Assembly: GCA_034717975.1 (NCBI GenBank) | Contig: JAYEMF010000012.1 | Coordinates: forward strand, 1 to 58,100 | Origin: Campylobacterota bacterium | Lineage (GTDB): Bacteria; Campylobacterota; Campylobacteria; Campylobacterales; Sulfurimonadaceae | Direction of reading: 5' to 3' | DNA: 58,100 nucleotides | Shown here: piece by piece, positions 17,318 through 26,673 of the stretch | How the letters are laid out: every line of letters begins with the position of its first letter | Position numbering within the stretch: position 1 is the first letter of the stretch | Notes under the pieces: generated by a model | What the model was told of the DNA's origin: nothing | Database searches by the model: none | The model's input: the letters and a program-made list of their open reading frames with translations, nothing else | Made by a program: the position numbers and the translations under genes

Positions 17318-17704
17318 CTAAAGGAGCGCCATAACGACCATCGGCGGATAGACAAGCAGACCGATGTATGGCAAAAGCGGATGCAGTGGTGTCAAGAGCA
17401 TCATGGTCATCTCCTGGGAGAGTTCACGCTTCTCAAAAACCTGTTGGATCAGCAATATCTTTGTAGCGATGTCAACGGTCTTGATGAACAGCATGCAAAG
17501 TGCGGCAACAGAGTAGTCGGTCACCATGGCAAACCAGACAGTAAAGTAAAATGTCGGATGCAGGATCAAAAACCATAAAATACTCTGCTTGTAGCGCTTA
17601 TGCATCCTCAGCAGCATGCCCATCATGCTGTCAGCTTTCTGCCACTGTACTTCGAATACTTCCAGCATGATAATGACAATGACAAGGGTATAGAGGTTTT
17701 CCAT
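17318..17704 (-). CDS. Hypothetical membrane protein
   Basis: 128-aa hydrophobic ORF. Confidence 0.7.
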   Translation of the reverse strand: MENLYTLVIVIIMLEVFEVQWQKADSMMGMLLRMHKRYKQSILWFLILHPTFYFTVWFAMVTDYSVAALCMLFIKTVDIATKILLIQQVFEKRELSQEMTMMLLTPLHPLLPYIGLLVYPPMVVMALL

Positions 17705-17813
17705 CTAGATTCTTTATATATTTTTTGCACTCTAATTTCAATATATAGCTATATAATTCCGTGCAGACGTGCAATGATAGCACACAATAGTGGGTACAAT
17801 TATACTATTAAAT

Positions 17814-17945
17814 AGACTTCTTGTATAACCGGGTTATGCAAGAGTATTCTGCCTCGAAAGAGGCAAGCTTCAGTGCCGTAGCGGCGAGCGTAGCTAAACA
17901 GGACTTTGTTTTGTTCGGCGTTTAAATCAGAGTTAGAGGTGCCCT
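17814..17945. repeat. Composite repeat: collapsed inverted-repeat pair, REP-like copy B and a solo MITE TIR
   Basis: CTTGTATAACC-G-GGTTATGCAAG; TGCCTC-GAAA-GAGGCA; GAGCGTAG-CTAAACAG-GACTTTGTT-TTGTTCGG-CGTT; TTAGAGGTGCCCT at 17933-17945. Confidence 0.65.
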
Positions 17946-17975
17946 TAAGCAATAACTCTAATAATTGGAATAATT

Positions 17976-18716
17976 ATGACCGACTATTATATTTACCAAA
18001 ATGAAGATGACATAGCCGTCCGTACAGAGATGGACCTCTCACTTTTTGACGAAGCACCGCAGAACAAGCGTCCGTGGCTGGCATGGGTTTTTATCAAGAT
18101 GCAGAGCAGGGATGAGAACGGCTGGTGCCTGGAGCATGAGGGTGATCTGCTCTATCGACTCCAATCCGATGTTATTGCGGAGCTAAAAGAGAAGCTTGAC
18201 GCCGTTAACAGCGGTATCCGTATGCAAGATGGCTGGCTGGAACTTTTCTTTTATCTGCCGGGTTCCAAAAAATTCGATAATGTCATTCGTGGACTCTTTA
18301 CCAACTATAAAGGGTATGCTTACGAGACAGGTGCTTCACGCGATGAGCATTGGCAGCATTTTATCAATGAGATCTATCCGAACCCCTTGATGGAACAGCA
18401 GATCACCAGTCGCCATATTATCAGCGAGCTTGAAGAGGAGGGCGATACCCTTGAGAGTGAACGTGAAGTCGAACACTATCTCTTCTCTCAGACGAGAGCA
18501 CAGTGCGATCGTATAGTCAAAGCTTTGGAACAGCAAGGGTTTGGCTTTAAAGAGCGTGTTGAGAGTGATGGCGAGTTCGCCCATGGTGCCGTCGTGACAA
18601 AGGTTCATGATGTCACCGAAGCGACACTGATGAAGGAGACAACACTGCTGTTTAATGCGGTCAACGACGAAAACAGCATCTATGAAGGATGGAGTACGAC
18701 ACTGGCTGATGTTTAA
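17976..18716 (+). CDS. DUF695 plus RraB-like domain protein
   Basis: N-terminal DUF695-like region; C-terminal GDTLESEREVEHYLF...YEGWST. Confidence 0.7.
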   Translation: MTDYYIYQNEDDIAVRTEMDLSLFDEAPQNKRPWLAWVFIKMQSRDENGWCLEHEGDLLYRLQSDVIAELKEKLDAVNSGIRMQDGWLELFFYLPGSKKFDNVIRGLFTNYKGYAYETGASRDEHWQHFINEIYPNPLMEQQITSRHIISELEEEGDTLESEREVEHYLFSQTRAQCDRIVKALEQQGFGFKERVESDGEFAHGAVVTKVHDVTEATLMKETTLLFNAVNDENSIYEGWSTTLADV

Positions 18717-20532
18717 GATCAAGGGGACCTTCGCTTATATAGCGGCACTCTTTTTAAATGCCTTTACCGATCTTGGTCACAAGATCATCATTCAAAATAC
18801 GATCTTCAAGATTTACGATGATGAGATGCAGATCATGCTCACGGCGGTTGTCAACGCACTGGTCCTTCTGCCGTTTATCATGCTCTTTTCACCTGCGGGA
18901 TTTTTGGCTGACAAGTTTCCCAAAAATGTCATTATGAAACATGCCGCTGCAATGGCAGTTGTCATTACTCTTTTGATCACTCTTTCATACTACATGGGCT
19001 GGTTTATTGCTGCCTTTGTTTTTACCTTTTTATTAGCGATGCAGAGTGCTGTTTATGCCCCGGCGAAATATGGATATATTAAAGAACTTGTAGGAGAAAA
19101 ATATATCAGCAGCGGGAATGCTGCTGTACAATCTGCAACGACAGTCGCTATCTTGTCAGGCATTATCTTTTATACAGTTCTATTTGAAAACTCACTCGGA
19201 ACATTTCACTCTGAAAATGATGTTTTAAAACAGATCGCACCATTGGGATGGCTACTGGTTATCGGCTCGATCGTTGAGTGGTTTCTGGCTTCCTCTCTTC
19301 CTGATAAAATGAGTCGCAAGATCAAGAAACGCTTTAATATTAAGAAATATCAAAACGGCTATTATCTCCGAAAAAATCTGAAGATCATGTTTAGAAAACC
19401 CCTTGTATGGGAGGCTGTTGTTTCATTGAGTGTTTTTTGGGCAGTCTCACAGGTGCTGTTGAGCATCTTTGGTGCGCATGCCAAAAGTGAACTGGGCATT
19501 GACAATGCTATCGTGGTGCAAGGGGTTATGGCATTGGCTGCCATCGGCATTGTTTTAGGTTCAGTTGCTTCGGCAAAATTCTCTCGCTATTTCATCCATT
19601 TTGGTTCGATTCCGTTGGGCGCAATTTTGATGGCTGCCGCTGTTGCTGTTTTGCCTTACCTGAAAGATATTGAAGCGATAGCCATGATCTTTTTGCTCTT
19701 TGGTCTGGGTGCAGGGATATTCATCGTTCCGCTCAATGCCTACATCCAGAAAAGTGCTCCTCCCATCCATCTCGGAAGTATTCTGGCAGGGAACAATTTT
19801 ATTCAGACCATTTTTATGTTTGCAGCTCTAATGCTTACGACCTTTTTTGCCTACAATGGCTTGAGTACGATTATGCTTTTTTGGCTGCTGTTTATGGCAA
19901 CGGCAGGTATGGCGCTCTATCTGCTGAAAAAACATCTTATTGTTTTTATCTGGCTGATCTTTGAACTGCTTTTAAGCTTACGATACAAGATCGTATATGA
20001 AGGTACGGAACATCTGGGAAAAGAGGGGGCTATTCTACTTCTTGGTAATCATATCAGTTGGATCGATTGGCTGATCATCCAGTTCCCGGTAGAGCGGCGT
20101 ATCCACTTCTTGATGGATCGGGATATTTATGAATGGAAGTGGATAAATCCAATCATGCGTCTTGGCAAGGCTATTCCGATCTCTCCACGGGCTTCCAGAG
20201 AGGGGTTTGCGCTGGCTCGTGAACATATCGTTGCGAAAGAGGTAGTCGGTATGTTTCCTGAAGGTGCTATCAGCCATACGGGTGAGATGGAGAAATTTTA
20301 TCGAGGCTTCGAGTTGATTGGCGGCACATTACATGGTAAAATTGTGCCACTATATATCGATGGGCTCTACGGGTCCATCTTTTCACGCGCATATAAGCAT
20401 AAAACTGTTCACAAAAGCTTGTTCCGACGGGTGATTACTATCCGGTTTGGCGAGCCGATGCCTCTGCAAAGCAGTGCTGAAGAGGTGAAATCAGTGATAA
20501 CAGAACTAAAGGATGTCAGTGGCATTAAATAA
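18709..20532 (+). CDS. LplT-like MFS fused to a PlsC-type acyltransferase (Aas-like, no acyl-CoA synthetase domain)
   Basis: FLNAFTDLGHK, PAKYGYIKEL, NHISWID, FPEG. Confidence 0.85.
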   Translation: MFKIKGTFAYIAALFLNAFTDLGHKIIIQNTIFKIYDDEMQIMLTAVVNALVLLPFIMLFSPAGFLADKFPKNVIMKHAAAMAVVITLLITLSYYMGWFIAAFVFTFLLAMQSAVYAPAKYGYIKELVGEKYISSGNAAVQSATTVAILSGIIFYTVLFENSLGTFHSENDVLKQIAPLGWLLVIGSIVEWFLASSLPDKMSRKIKKRFNIKKYQNGYYLRKNLKIMFRKPLVWEAVVSLSVFWAVSQVLLSIFGAHAKSELGIDNAIVVQGVMALAAIGIVLGSVASAKFSRYFIHFGSIPLGAILMAAAVAVLPYLKDIEAIAMIFLLFGLGAGIFIVPLNAYIQKSAPPIHLGSILAGNNFIQTIFMFAALMLTTFFAYNGLSTIMLFWLLFMATAGMALYLLKKHLIVFIWLIFELLLSLRYKIVYEGTEHLGKEGAILLLGNHISWIDWLIIQFPVERRIHFLMDRDIYEWKWINPIMRLGKAIPISPRASREGFALAREHIVAKEVVGMFPEGAISHTGEMEKFYRGFELIGGTLHGKIVPLYIDGLYGSIFSRAYKHKTVHKSLFRRVITIRFGEPMPLQSSAEEVKSVITELKDVSGIK

Positions 20533-20893
20533 ACCGAAATATTCACTCTTTAAAAATGGCAGGTATGCCCTTGAAGGCTTTATCGAACTGGTGCAAAATG
20601 AGAGTTCATTTAAATTGCAAGTGCTTCTTTTTATCGTTATGACCATTGTAGCCTGGCTGCTACCGATTGATTTTGTATCGAAAGCGATACTGAGTATTTC
20701 GCTCTTTATCCCGATTATGGCCGAAGTGGCAAACAGCTCGATTGAACGGGTAGTGGACCTGGTTACCAAGGATTACCACATTCTGGCAAAACGGGCCAAA
20801 GATGCCGGTGCGACACTGGTACTGCTGAGTTTGATTGCAACGGGGGCGATCTGGCTGAGTGTAGTGCTTGTCGCTTTTAAAATTGTTGAGTAG
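20513..20893 (+). CDS. dgkA: Diacylglycerol kinase
   Basis: AEVANSSIERVVD, AKRAKDAGA. Confidence 0.92.
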   Translation: MSVALNKPKYSLFKNGRYALEGFIELVQNESSFKLQVLLFIVMTIVAWLLPIDFVSKAILSISLFIPIMAEVANSSIERVVDLVTKDYHILAKRAKDAGATLVLLSLIATGAIWLSVVLVAFKIVE

Positions 20894-20902
20894 GGAGTTT
20901 CT

Positions 20903-22081
20903 ATGGCAACTGTTCTGATTATAGGAGCTGGCGGAGTAGGCGGTGTTGTAACCCATAAGTGTGTATTGAACAAAGAGACGTTCACGAAGATTATCCTGGC
21001 AAGCCGACGAATTGAGAGCTGTAAAAAGATCCAGGATCAGCTCCCTGAAGGTGCGATCGATATTGCACAGGTAGATGCTGACAATGTCGATGAGACAGCT
21101 GCTCTGATCAATAAAGTCGGGGCAGAGATCGTTATCAACGTTGCACTGCCGTATCAGGATCTGAGTATCATGGATGCCTGTACAAAGACAAAGACACCTT
21201 ATCTCGATACCGCAAACTATGAGCATCCTGACGAAGCAAAGTTTGAATACAAAGAGCAGTGGGCGCGTGATGAGCAGTTTAAAGAGGCTGGCATCATGGG
21301 GTTGCTTGGAAGCGGTTTTGACCCGGGCGTGACCAATGTCTTCTGTGCCTATGCGCAAAAGCACTATTTTGATGAGATCCATACGATTGATATCCTTGAT
21401 TGTAATGCAGGAGATCATGGCTACCCCTTCGCGACCAACTTCAATCCGGAGATCAACCTGCGTGAAGTAAGTGCCAAGGGGCGTTACTGGGAAGCCGGAA
21501 AGTGGATCGAAACAGAGCCGATGGAGATCCATATGAGCTGGGATTATCCGGAGGTTGGGCCAAAGGAGAGCTATCTGCTTTACCACGAAGAGATGGAGTC
21601 ATTGGTCAAGCATATCAAAGGCTTAAAACGTATCCGCTTCTTTATGACCTTCGGCGAGAGTTACCTGATGCATATGAGGGCACTGGAGAATGTCGGGATG
21701 CTTGGTATTGAACCGGTTGAACATAAAGGAGAGAAGATCATCCCGATCGAGTTTTTGAAGACTCTCTTGCCTGATCCGGCATCACTGGGACCTAGGACCA
21801 AAGGGAAAACCAACATCGGTATCGTAGCCGAAGGTATCAAAGATGGTCAAAAATGCAAGATCTATATCTATCAGGTAAGTGATCACGAGGCTTGCTACAA
21901 AGAGGTCAAATCGCAGGCCGTCTCTTATACGACTGGCGTACCGGCAATGATAGGTGCCAAACTGATGCTTGAAAAGAGATGGAGCCGTACAGGGGTCTTT
22001 AATATGGAAGAGTTTGATCCTGACCCGTTTATGGAAGAGCTCAACAGCCAGGGGTTGCCGTGGAAGCTATTGGAACTGTAA
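20903..22081 (+). CDS. Carboxy(nor)spermidine dehydrogenase (saccharopine dehydrogenase family)
   Basis: IIGAGGVG, YLDTANYE, GFDPGVT, FATNFNPEINLRE; nspC nearby. Confidence 0.9.
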   Translation: MATVLIIGAGGVGGVVTHKCVLNKETFTKIILASRRIESCKKIQDQLPEGAIDIAQVDADNVDETAALINKVGAEIVINVALPYQDLSIMDACTKTKTPYLDTANYEHPDEAKFEYKEQWARDEQFKEAGIMGLLGSGFDPGVTNVFCAYAQKHYFDEIHTIDILDCNAGDHGYPFATNFNPEINLREVSAKGRYWEAGKWIETEPMEIHMSWDYPEVGPKESYLLYHEEMESLVKHIKGLKRIRFFMTFGESYLMHMRALENVGMLGIEPVEHKGEKIIPIEFLKTLLPDPASLGPRTKGKTNIGIVAEGIKDGQKCKIYIYQVSDHEACYKEVKSQAVSYTTGVPAMIGAKLMLEKRWSRTGVFNMEEFDPDPFMEELNSQGLPWKLLEL

Positions 22082-22110
22082 GTAGTTTCCGGTAGCTGGC
22101 AAATTAGTGA

Positions 22111-23109
22111 TCAACCAAATTTAGTCCGTGATTTTTCCATTCGGCGAACCTTGTTACGCATTGCTTTTTCGGCCTTCTTCATGGCCTTTCGCTTTTTAAA
22201 ATAGAAGGAGAGAGCACTTTTGGTGATCAGCAGCAAGATGATTCCGGCAAGGACTTCATAACCGATCGCCCAGACAGGGATAACGGCAAATATTTCAAAA
22301 ACCAAAAAGCTGCTGATATCACGGTTGGCAACAAAGAAAAATAGGAAAATCAAACCTGTGACATACGGGAAGATAAGAAAATAGATCCCCAGCAGAATAG
22401 CTTCAAACCCTTCGGGTAAAAAGATATAATCAGAGATGACAATCTGCTGTTTAAGAAAACTGCTTTTGGTGATGTCATCGTTAAAAGAGGAAAAAGCAGC
22501 TTCATTATGATGGCGTTTTCGGGTGTTGCTAAAGTTACCCATTCTTGAAAGGGCCTGCTCCTCTTGTCGAGCCTCCGCTTTTAAGCGCTCTACTTTCGCT
22601 TTTCTTTTAGCTTCCATCTCCTCTTGTACCTGGAGGTGCATATCAATGTTCTCATTGATCTTTGCCTGCTTCTCCTCGTCTGTTTCCGCTTCGACCTGTG
22701 CATCGAGTCGGTTTGGATCGTTAAGTATCTCCTTTTGTGCTTTTGCCTTCATCTGGCGGGCGGTAACATTTTTAAAGTTTTTCGGATCAGCCAGCTGTGA
22801 TCTTCGCAGCTCCTCTTTGCGGCGTTTCTCTTCGGCAAGAAGTTGTGCTTCAGCTTCCTCTTTCTCTTTAAGGAACTGCTCGATCTTGTCATCTATCTCA
22901 TTATGATGGTTATCGGGCTTTTCGTTCGTGGAAGTTGTTTGTGTTGTTGTGTCCTGAGGGGTGTCATCAGATTCAAAAATACGTCTTCTTAACTCATCTT
23001 TGGCTTTTCGCATTGCTTCTTCATCGTGGCCAGATAGCTGTTCTTTAAAATTTTCTATCTCACTATTATGCGAATCTATCGCTTTTTCATGAGGGTTGTC
23101 AGAAGGCAT
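22111..23109 (-). CDS. Hypothetical protein: charged coiled-coil N-terminus, C-terminal TM helices
   Basis: 332-aa ORF. Confidence 0.7.
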   Translation of the reverse strand: MPSDNPHEKAIDSHNSEIENFKEQLSGHDEEAMRKAKDELRRRIFESDDTPQDTTTQTTSTNEKPDNHHNEIDDKIEQFLKEKEEAEAQLLAEEKRRKEELRRSQLADPKNFKNVTARQMKAKAQKEILNDPNRLDAQVEAETDEEKQAKINENIDMHLQVQEEMEAKRKAKVERLKAEARQEEQALSRMGNFSNTRKRHHNEAAFSSFNDDITKSSFLKQQIVISDYIFLPEGFEAILLGIYFLIFPYVTGLIFLFFFVANRDISSFLVFEIFAVIPVWAIGYEVLAGIILLLITKSALSFYFKKRKAMKKAEKAMRNKVRRMEKSRTKFG

Positions 23110-23171
23110 ATAAGAAACCTTTCACTTGCTTAATACGCAGATAATAACATAAATAAACTATATATTTAAAC

Positions 23172-23663
23172 CTACGGGCACTCACTGGGACGAATAGTAA
23201 TTGACCAATTGATATTATGCTCATTGTCGACTTCATTGATCTCGGCACCGATCTCTAATTTTGTATTAAATTTTGATTCGATGGTTTTTTGCACAGATGC
23301 CAGTCGTTTGAACTCGTTGACGCGGCATACCAGTTTCGTGAAATGCTTCCGTGCACTCTGCTTTTCCCGAATAATCTCTTTGTCGGAGGTCGAGAAGAGA
23401 TTGGTTTGAAGTTCAACAAGCAGTGTGGTCTCGTTGATTATCATGGCATTGATCTTTTTATTATACTTGAAGGGATTGTATTTTTTGAACATGACCCGGT
23501 TTATCTTGGCTGTACGGAGCAGGGCCGGGGCAATTTTCTCTTTTTTGATGCCAACAATCGGATCTTCCTGAAAGGTGTCGATAAGTTTTGCACCGATAGC
23601 GACAATTCCAATGATCGTAAAAGCTACGGGAATAATGATAGTGACCAGTTTCCGAACACGCAT
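23172..23663 (-). CDS. Hypothetical membrane-anchored protein
   Basis: 163 aa, N-terminal TM, SD AAGGT. Confidence 0.6.
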   Translation of the reverse strand: MRVRKLVTIIIPVAFTIIGIVAIGAKLIDTFQEDPIVGIKKEKIAPALLRTAKINRVMFKKYNPFKYNKKINAMIINETTLLVELQTNLFSTSDKEIIREKQSARKHFTKLVCRVNEFKRLASVQKTIESKFNTKLEIGAEINEVDNEHNINWSITIRPSECP

Positions 23664-23801
23664 TGACTACTTACCTTTGTATATGTTATTAAAATAATAG
23701 CATTTTTTCTGTTGAGAATGGCAGTGATTGTCTAATTGCGAATTGATTGAGCTGATGAATGGCTATAATTAGATAAAAATTACTATGAATTAGATAGGTG
23801 A

Positions 23802-24947
23802 ATGATGAGCCGACTGGATCTGTCTCAGGTGCCGACTCCCTGTTATGTATGTGAAGAAGAACTGTTGGAAAAAAACCTGAAACTGCTCAGGCGTGTCAGT
23901 GATGAGAGCGGTGCGAAGGTTATTCTGGCCCTGAAGGGTTTTGCGATGTGGTCAACATTTGAGTTGGTCGGCCGCTATCTGCATGGGTGTACGGCCAGTG
24001 GCCTGCATGAGGCAAAACTTGCCAGAGAAGTAATGAATAAAGAGGTCCATACCTACTCACCGGCGTTTAAAGAGGAAGATATCGATGAGATCGCCAGAAT
24101 CTCTGATTATCTTGTCTTCAATTCACCTTCACAGCTGAAACGTTTTAAAAACCGTGTAGAAGCTGTGAACCCGGCCATCTCTCTCTCCCTGCGTATCAAT
24201 CCCGAGTACTCCTCTTCACCGGTTGACCTTTACAATCCTTGCGGACTCTATAGCCGTCTTGGGACAACGCTGGAAAATTTTGATACTTCTGTATTACGTG
24301 ACATTGACGGACTCAATTTTCATGCGCTTTGCGAACAGAACGTCGATGCGCTCGAAGGTGTCCTTGAAGCTGTTGAGGAGAAATTCGGCAACTATATTGA
24401 CGGATTGAAATATATCAACTTCGGCGGCGGTCACCATATTACACGGGCTGATTATGATGTCGGTCGTCTGATTGAAGTGATCAAAACGTTCCGTGATAAG
24501 CATAAAGGTATAGATGTCTATCTGGAACCTGGAGAAGCGGTAGGCTGGAAGACGGGTCCTCTGGTTGCCACTGTTTTGGATATTGTCCATAACGGGATGG
24601 ATATCGCTATTCTGGACACATCTGCGGAGGCGCATATGCCCGATACTCTGGCCATGCCTTACCGGGCAGATGTCCGTGGTGCGGGAAAAGCAGATGAAAA
24701 GGCCTATACCTATCGGCTTGCCGGCAATACCTGTCTTGCCGGTGACATCATGGGTGATTACTCATTTGACTGGAAACTCGAAATAGGGGACAAGGTCGTC
24801 TTTGAAGATCAGATCCACTACACTTTCGTTAAAAATACGACCTTCAACGGGATCAAACTGCCGAGCCTGGCTATCTGGCGTAAAGAGGGGGTTCTCGATA
24901 TTGTCCGGGAATTCGGGTATGAAGATTATAAGATGAGATTGTCTTAG
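23802..24947 (+). CDS. nspC: Carboxy(nor)spermidine decarboxylase
   Basis: LALKGF, FHALCEQ, FGGGHHIT, EPGEA, TCLAGD, HYTFVKNTTFNG. Confidence 0.95.
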   Translation: MMSRLDLSQVPTPCYVCEEELLEKNLKLLRRVSDESGAKVILALKGFAMWSTFELVGRYLHGCTASGLHEAKLAREVMNKEVHTYSPAFKEEDIDEIARISDYLVFNSPSQLKRFKNRVEAVNPAISLSLRINPEYSSSPVDLYNPCGLYSRLGTTLENFDTSVLRDIDGLNFHALCEQNVDALEGVLEAVEEKFGNYIDGLKYINFGGGHHITRADYDVGRLIEVIKTFRDKHKGIDVYLEPGEAVGWKTGPLVATVLDIVHNGMDIAILDTSAEAHMPDTLAMPYRADVRGAGKADEKAYTYRLAGNTCLAGDIMGDYSFDWKLEIGDKVVFEDQIHYTFVKNTTFNGIKLPSLAIWRKEGVLDIVREFGYEDYKMRLS

Positions 24948-25019
24948 GACATCTCCCGTTAAGAAGTTATACCGGTGGCATAACTTCAGGGAGTAAAATT
25001 AAATGGATGATATTGACCT

Positions 25020-26408
25020 TTATTTCAAAGCCACAATGAAAACCCGCCCGTTTCGGGTGATATAAACGCGTTTATAACTCCCTTTTGATTTGGCAAAGAT
25101 CTCTTTGACATCATCGAGTTCATCGATGGCCCACTGTTCGATCTGGATGATGACGTCACCTCTCCTGATCCCTTGCCTGGCCGCTTCACTCCCCTCCTCG
25201 ACTTCTGTGACGAGCACCCCCTCGACATTTTGCGAGATACGGTATTGGCGGCGTGTCTGTTCGTCGAGTTTGCTAAGCGACAAGCCTTCGATCATGGCGG
25301 CACCGCCTTCATGTTTGCTCTCGGCCAGCTTATCCAGTTTTACGGTAGCTCTGAGCAGCTCTCTGTCACGTTCATAGGTGACTTCAATCTTTATTCCCGG
25401 CATATAGAGGCCGATCTGGTTTTTGAGTGCTGCAGAGCTCTCAACAGCTTTGCCATTTACCTTGACAATGAGGTCGCCGCGTTTAAGACCCGCCTTCTCA
25501 GCCGGAGTATCGGGATAGACTTCATTTAAAATGGCACCTTCTTGATGTTTATAGAGTTTGCGCAGCTCTTTTGTCATATCGCCTATGCCTACACCAAGAT
25601 AACCGCGTTCGATAGAGCCATGTTCTACCAGCTTTTTGGCGATGTTTTTGACCATATCGATTTCAATGGCAAAACCGATGCCGTTATTGCCGCCGCTGCG
25701 GGTGATGATAGCCGTGTTGATCCCGATGAGTGCACCGCGGCTGTCAAGCAGGGCCCCGCCGGAGTTGCCCGGGTTGATCGATGCATCGGTCTGGATGAAG
25801 TTCTCATACTCGTTGATACCTACCCCGGTCTTATGCTGGGCAGAGATGATGCCCTGCGTGACACTCTGTCCGACACCGAATGGATTACCGATGGCAAAAA
25901 CGACGTCACCGACTTTGAGGTTTGATGAACTTCCCATAACGATGGGATTGAGACCTTCTGCATCTATTTTGATGACGGCAATATCTGACTTGGGATCTTT
26001 TCCGATCACTTTGGCCTCATACTCCTTGGCACTGTCTGGCAGGGTGACAATGATCTCCTCGGCATCGTCGATGACATGGTTATTGGTGATGATGTAGCCA
26101 TCGTTGGTGACGATCACACCGGAACCGAGTCCATGACGCTTTGGCGCCTTTTTAGGCATGTACTGCGGGCCGAAAAACTGTTCGAAAAAAGGATGCATCT
26201 GATTCATCATCTGATTGACGGGTTTTTGGGTCGTAGCGATGTGAACAATGGAGTTGGTCGTGTTTTTGATGGCTTCGTGATAAGAGAGAATACTGCCGTG
26301 CTGATTGGGAATAATACGGTGAATACCGGTTGAGGCTTCTTTAAAATCGATGGAGGCCGCCGTAAGCGAGAGAGCTAAAACGGCAGAGAGTAAAATAGAT
26401 TTTTTCAT
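25020..26408 (-). CDS. htrA: HtrA/DegP serine protease with two PDZ domains
   Basis: TNNHV, IQTDASINPGNSGG; start MKKSILL. Confidence 0.95.
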   Translation of the reverse strand: MKKSILLSAVLALSLTAASIDFKEASTGIHRIIPNQHGSILSYHEAIKNTTNSIVHIATTQKPVNQMMNQMHPFFEQFFGPQYMPKKAPKRHGLGSGVIVTNDGYIITNNHVIDDAEEIIVTLPDSAKEYEAKVIGKDPKSDIAVIKIDAEGLNPIVMGSSSNLKVGDVVFAIGNPFGVGQSVTQGIISAQHKTGVGINEYENFIQTDASINPGNSGGALLDSRGALIGINTAIITRSGGNNGIGFAIEIDMVKNIAKKLVEHGSIERGYLGVGIGDMTKELRKLYKHQEGAILNEVYPDTPAEKAGLKRGDLIVKVNGKAVESSAALKNQIGLYMPGIKIEVTYERDRELLRATVKLDKLAESKHEGGAAMIEGLSLSKLDEQTRRQYRISQNVEGVLVTEVEEGSEAARQGIRRGDVIIQIEQWAIDELDDVKEIFAKSKGSYKRVYITRNGRVFIVALK

Positions 26409-26673
26409 AATTTTCCTTATATATCGTTCTGTTTTGTAAGTATAAGGCAACGTGGTAAATGTATTTTAAATATATCTTATAGAAGTTGCGATACTCTATG
26501 TTAATGACCTTTCATCTCATGGTTTGTGCGGGTGGCGACCTGATCGATAGACTCTATGGGAAGATTACTTGTTTTAAAAGGTAAAAAATGTATGTGAACC
26601 TGTGTATTGATAATAACAAAAACAATCTCTTTCACTGTTGGCATCAGCTGATGGTAGGTGGGGGGATAGAGTT

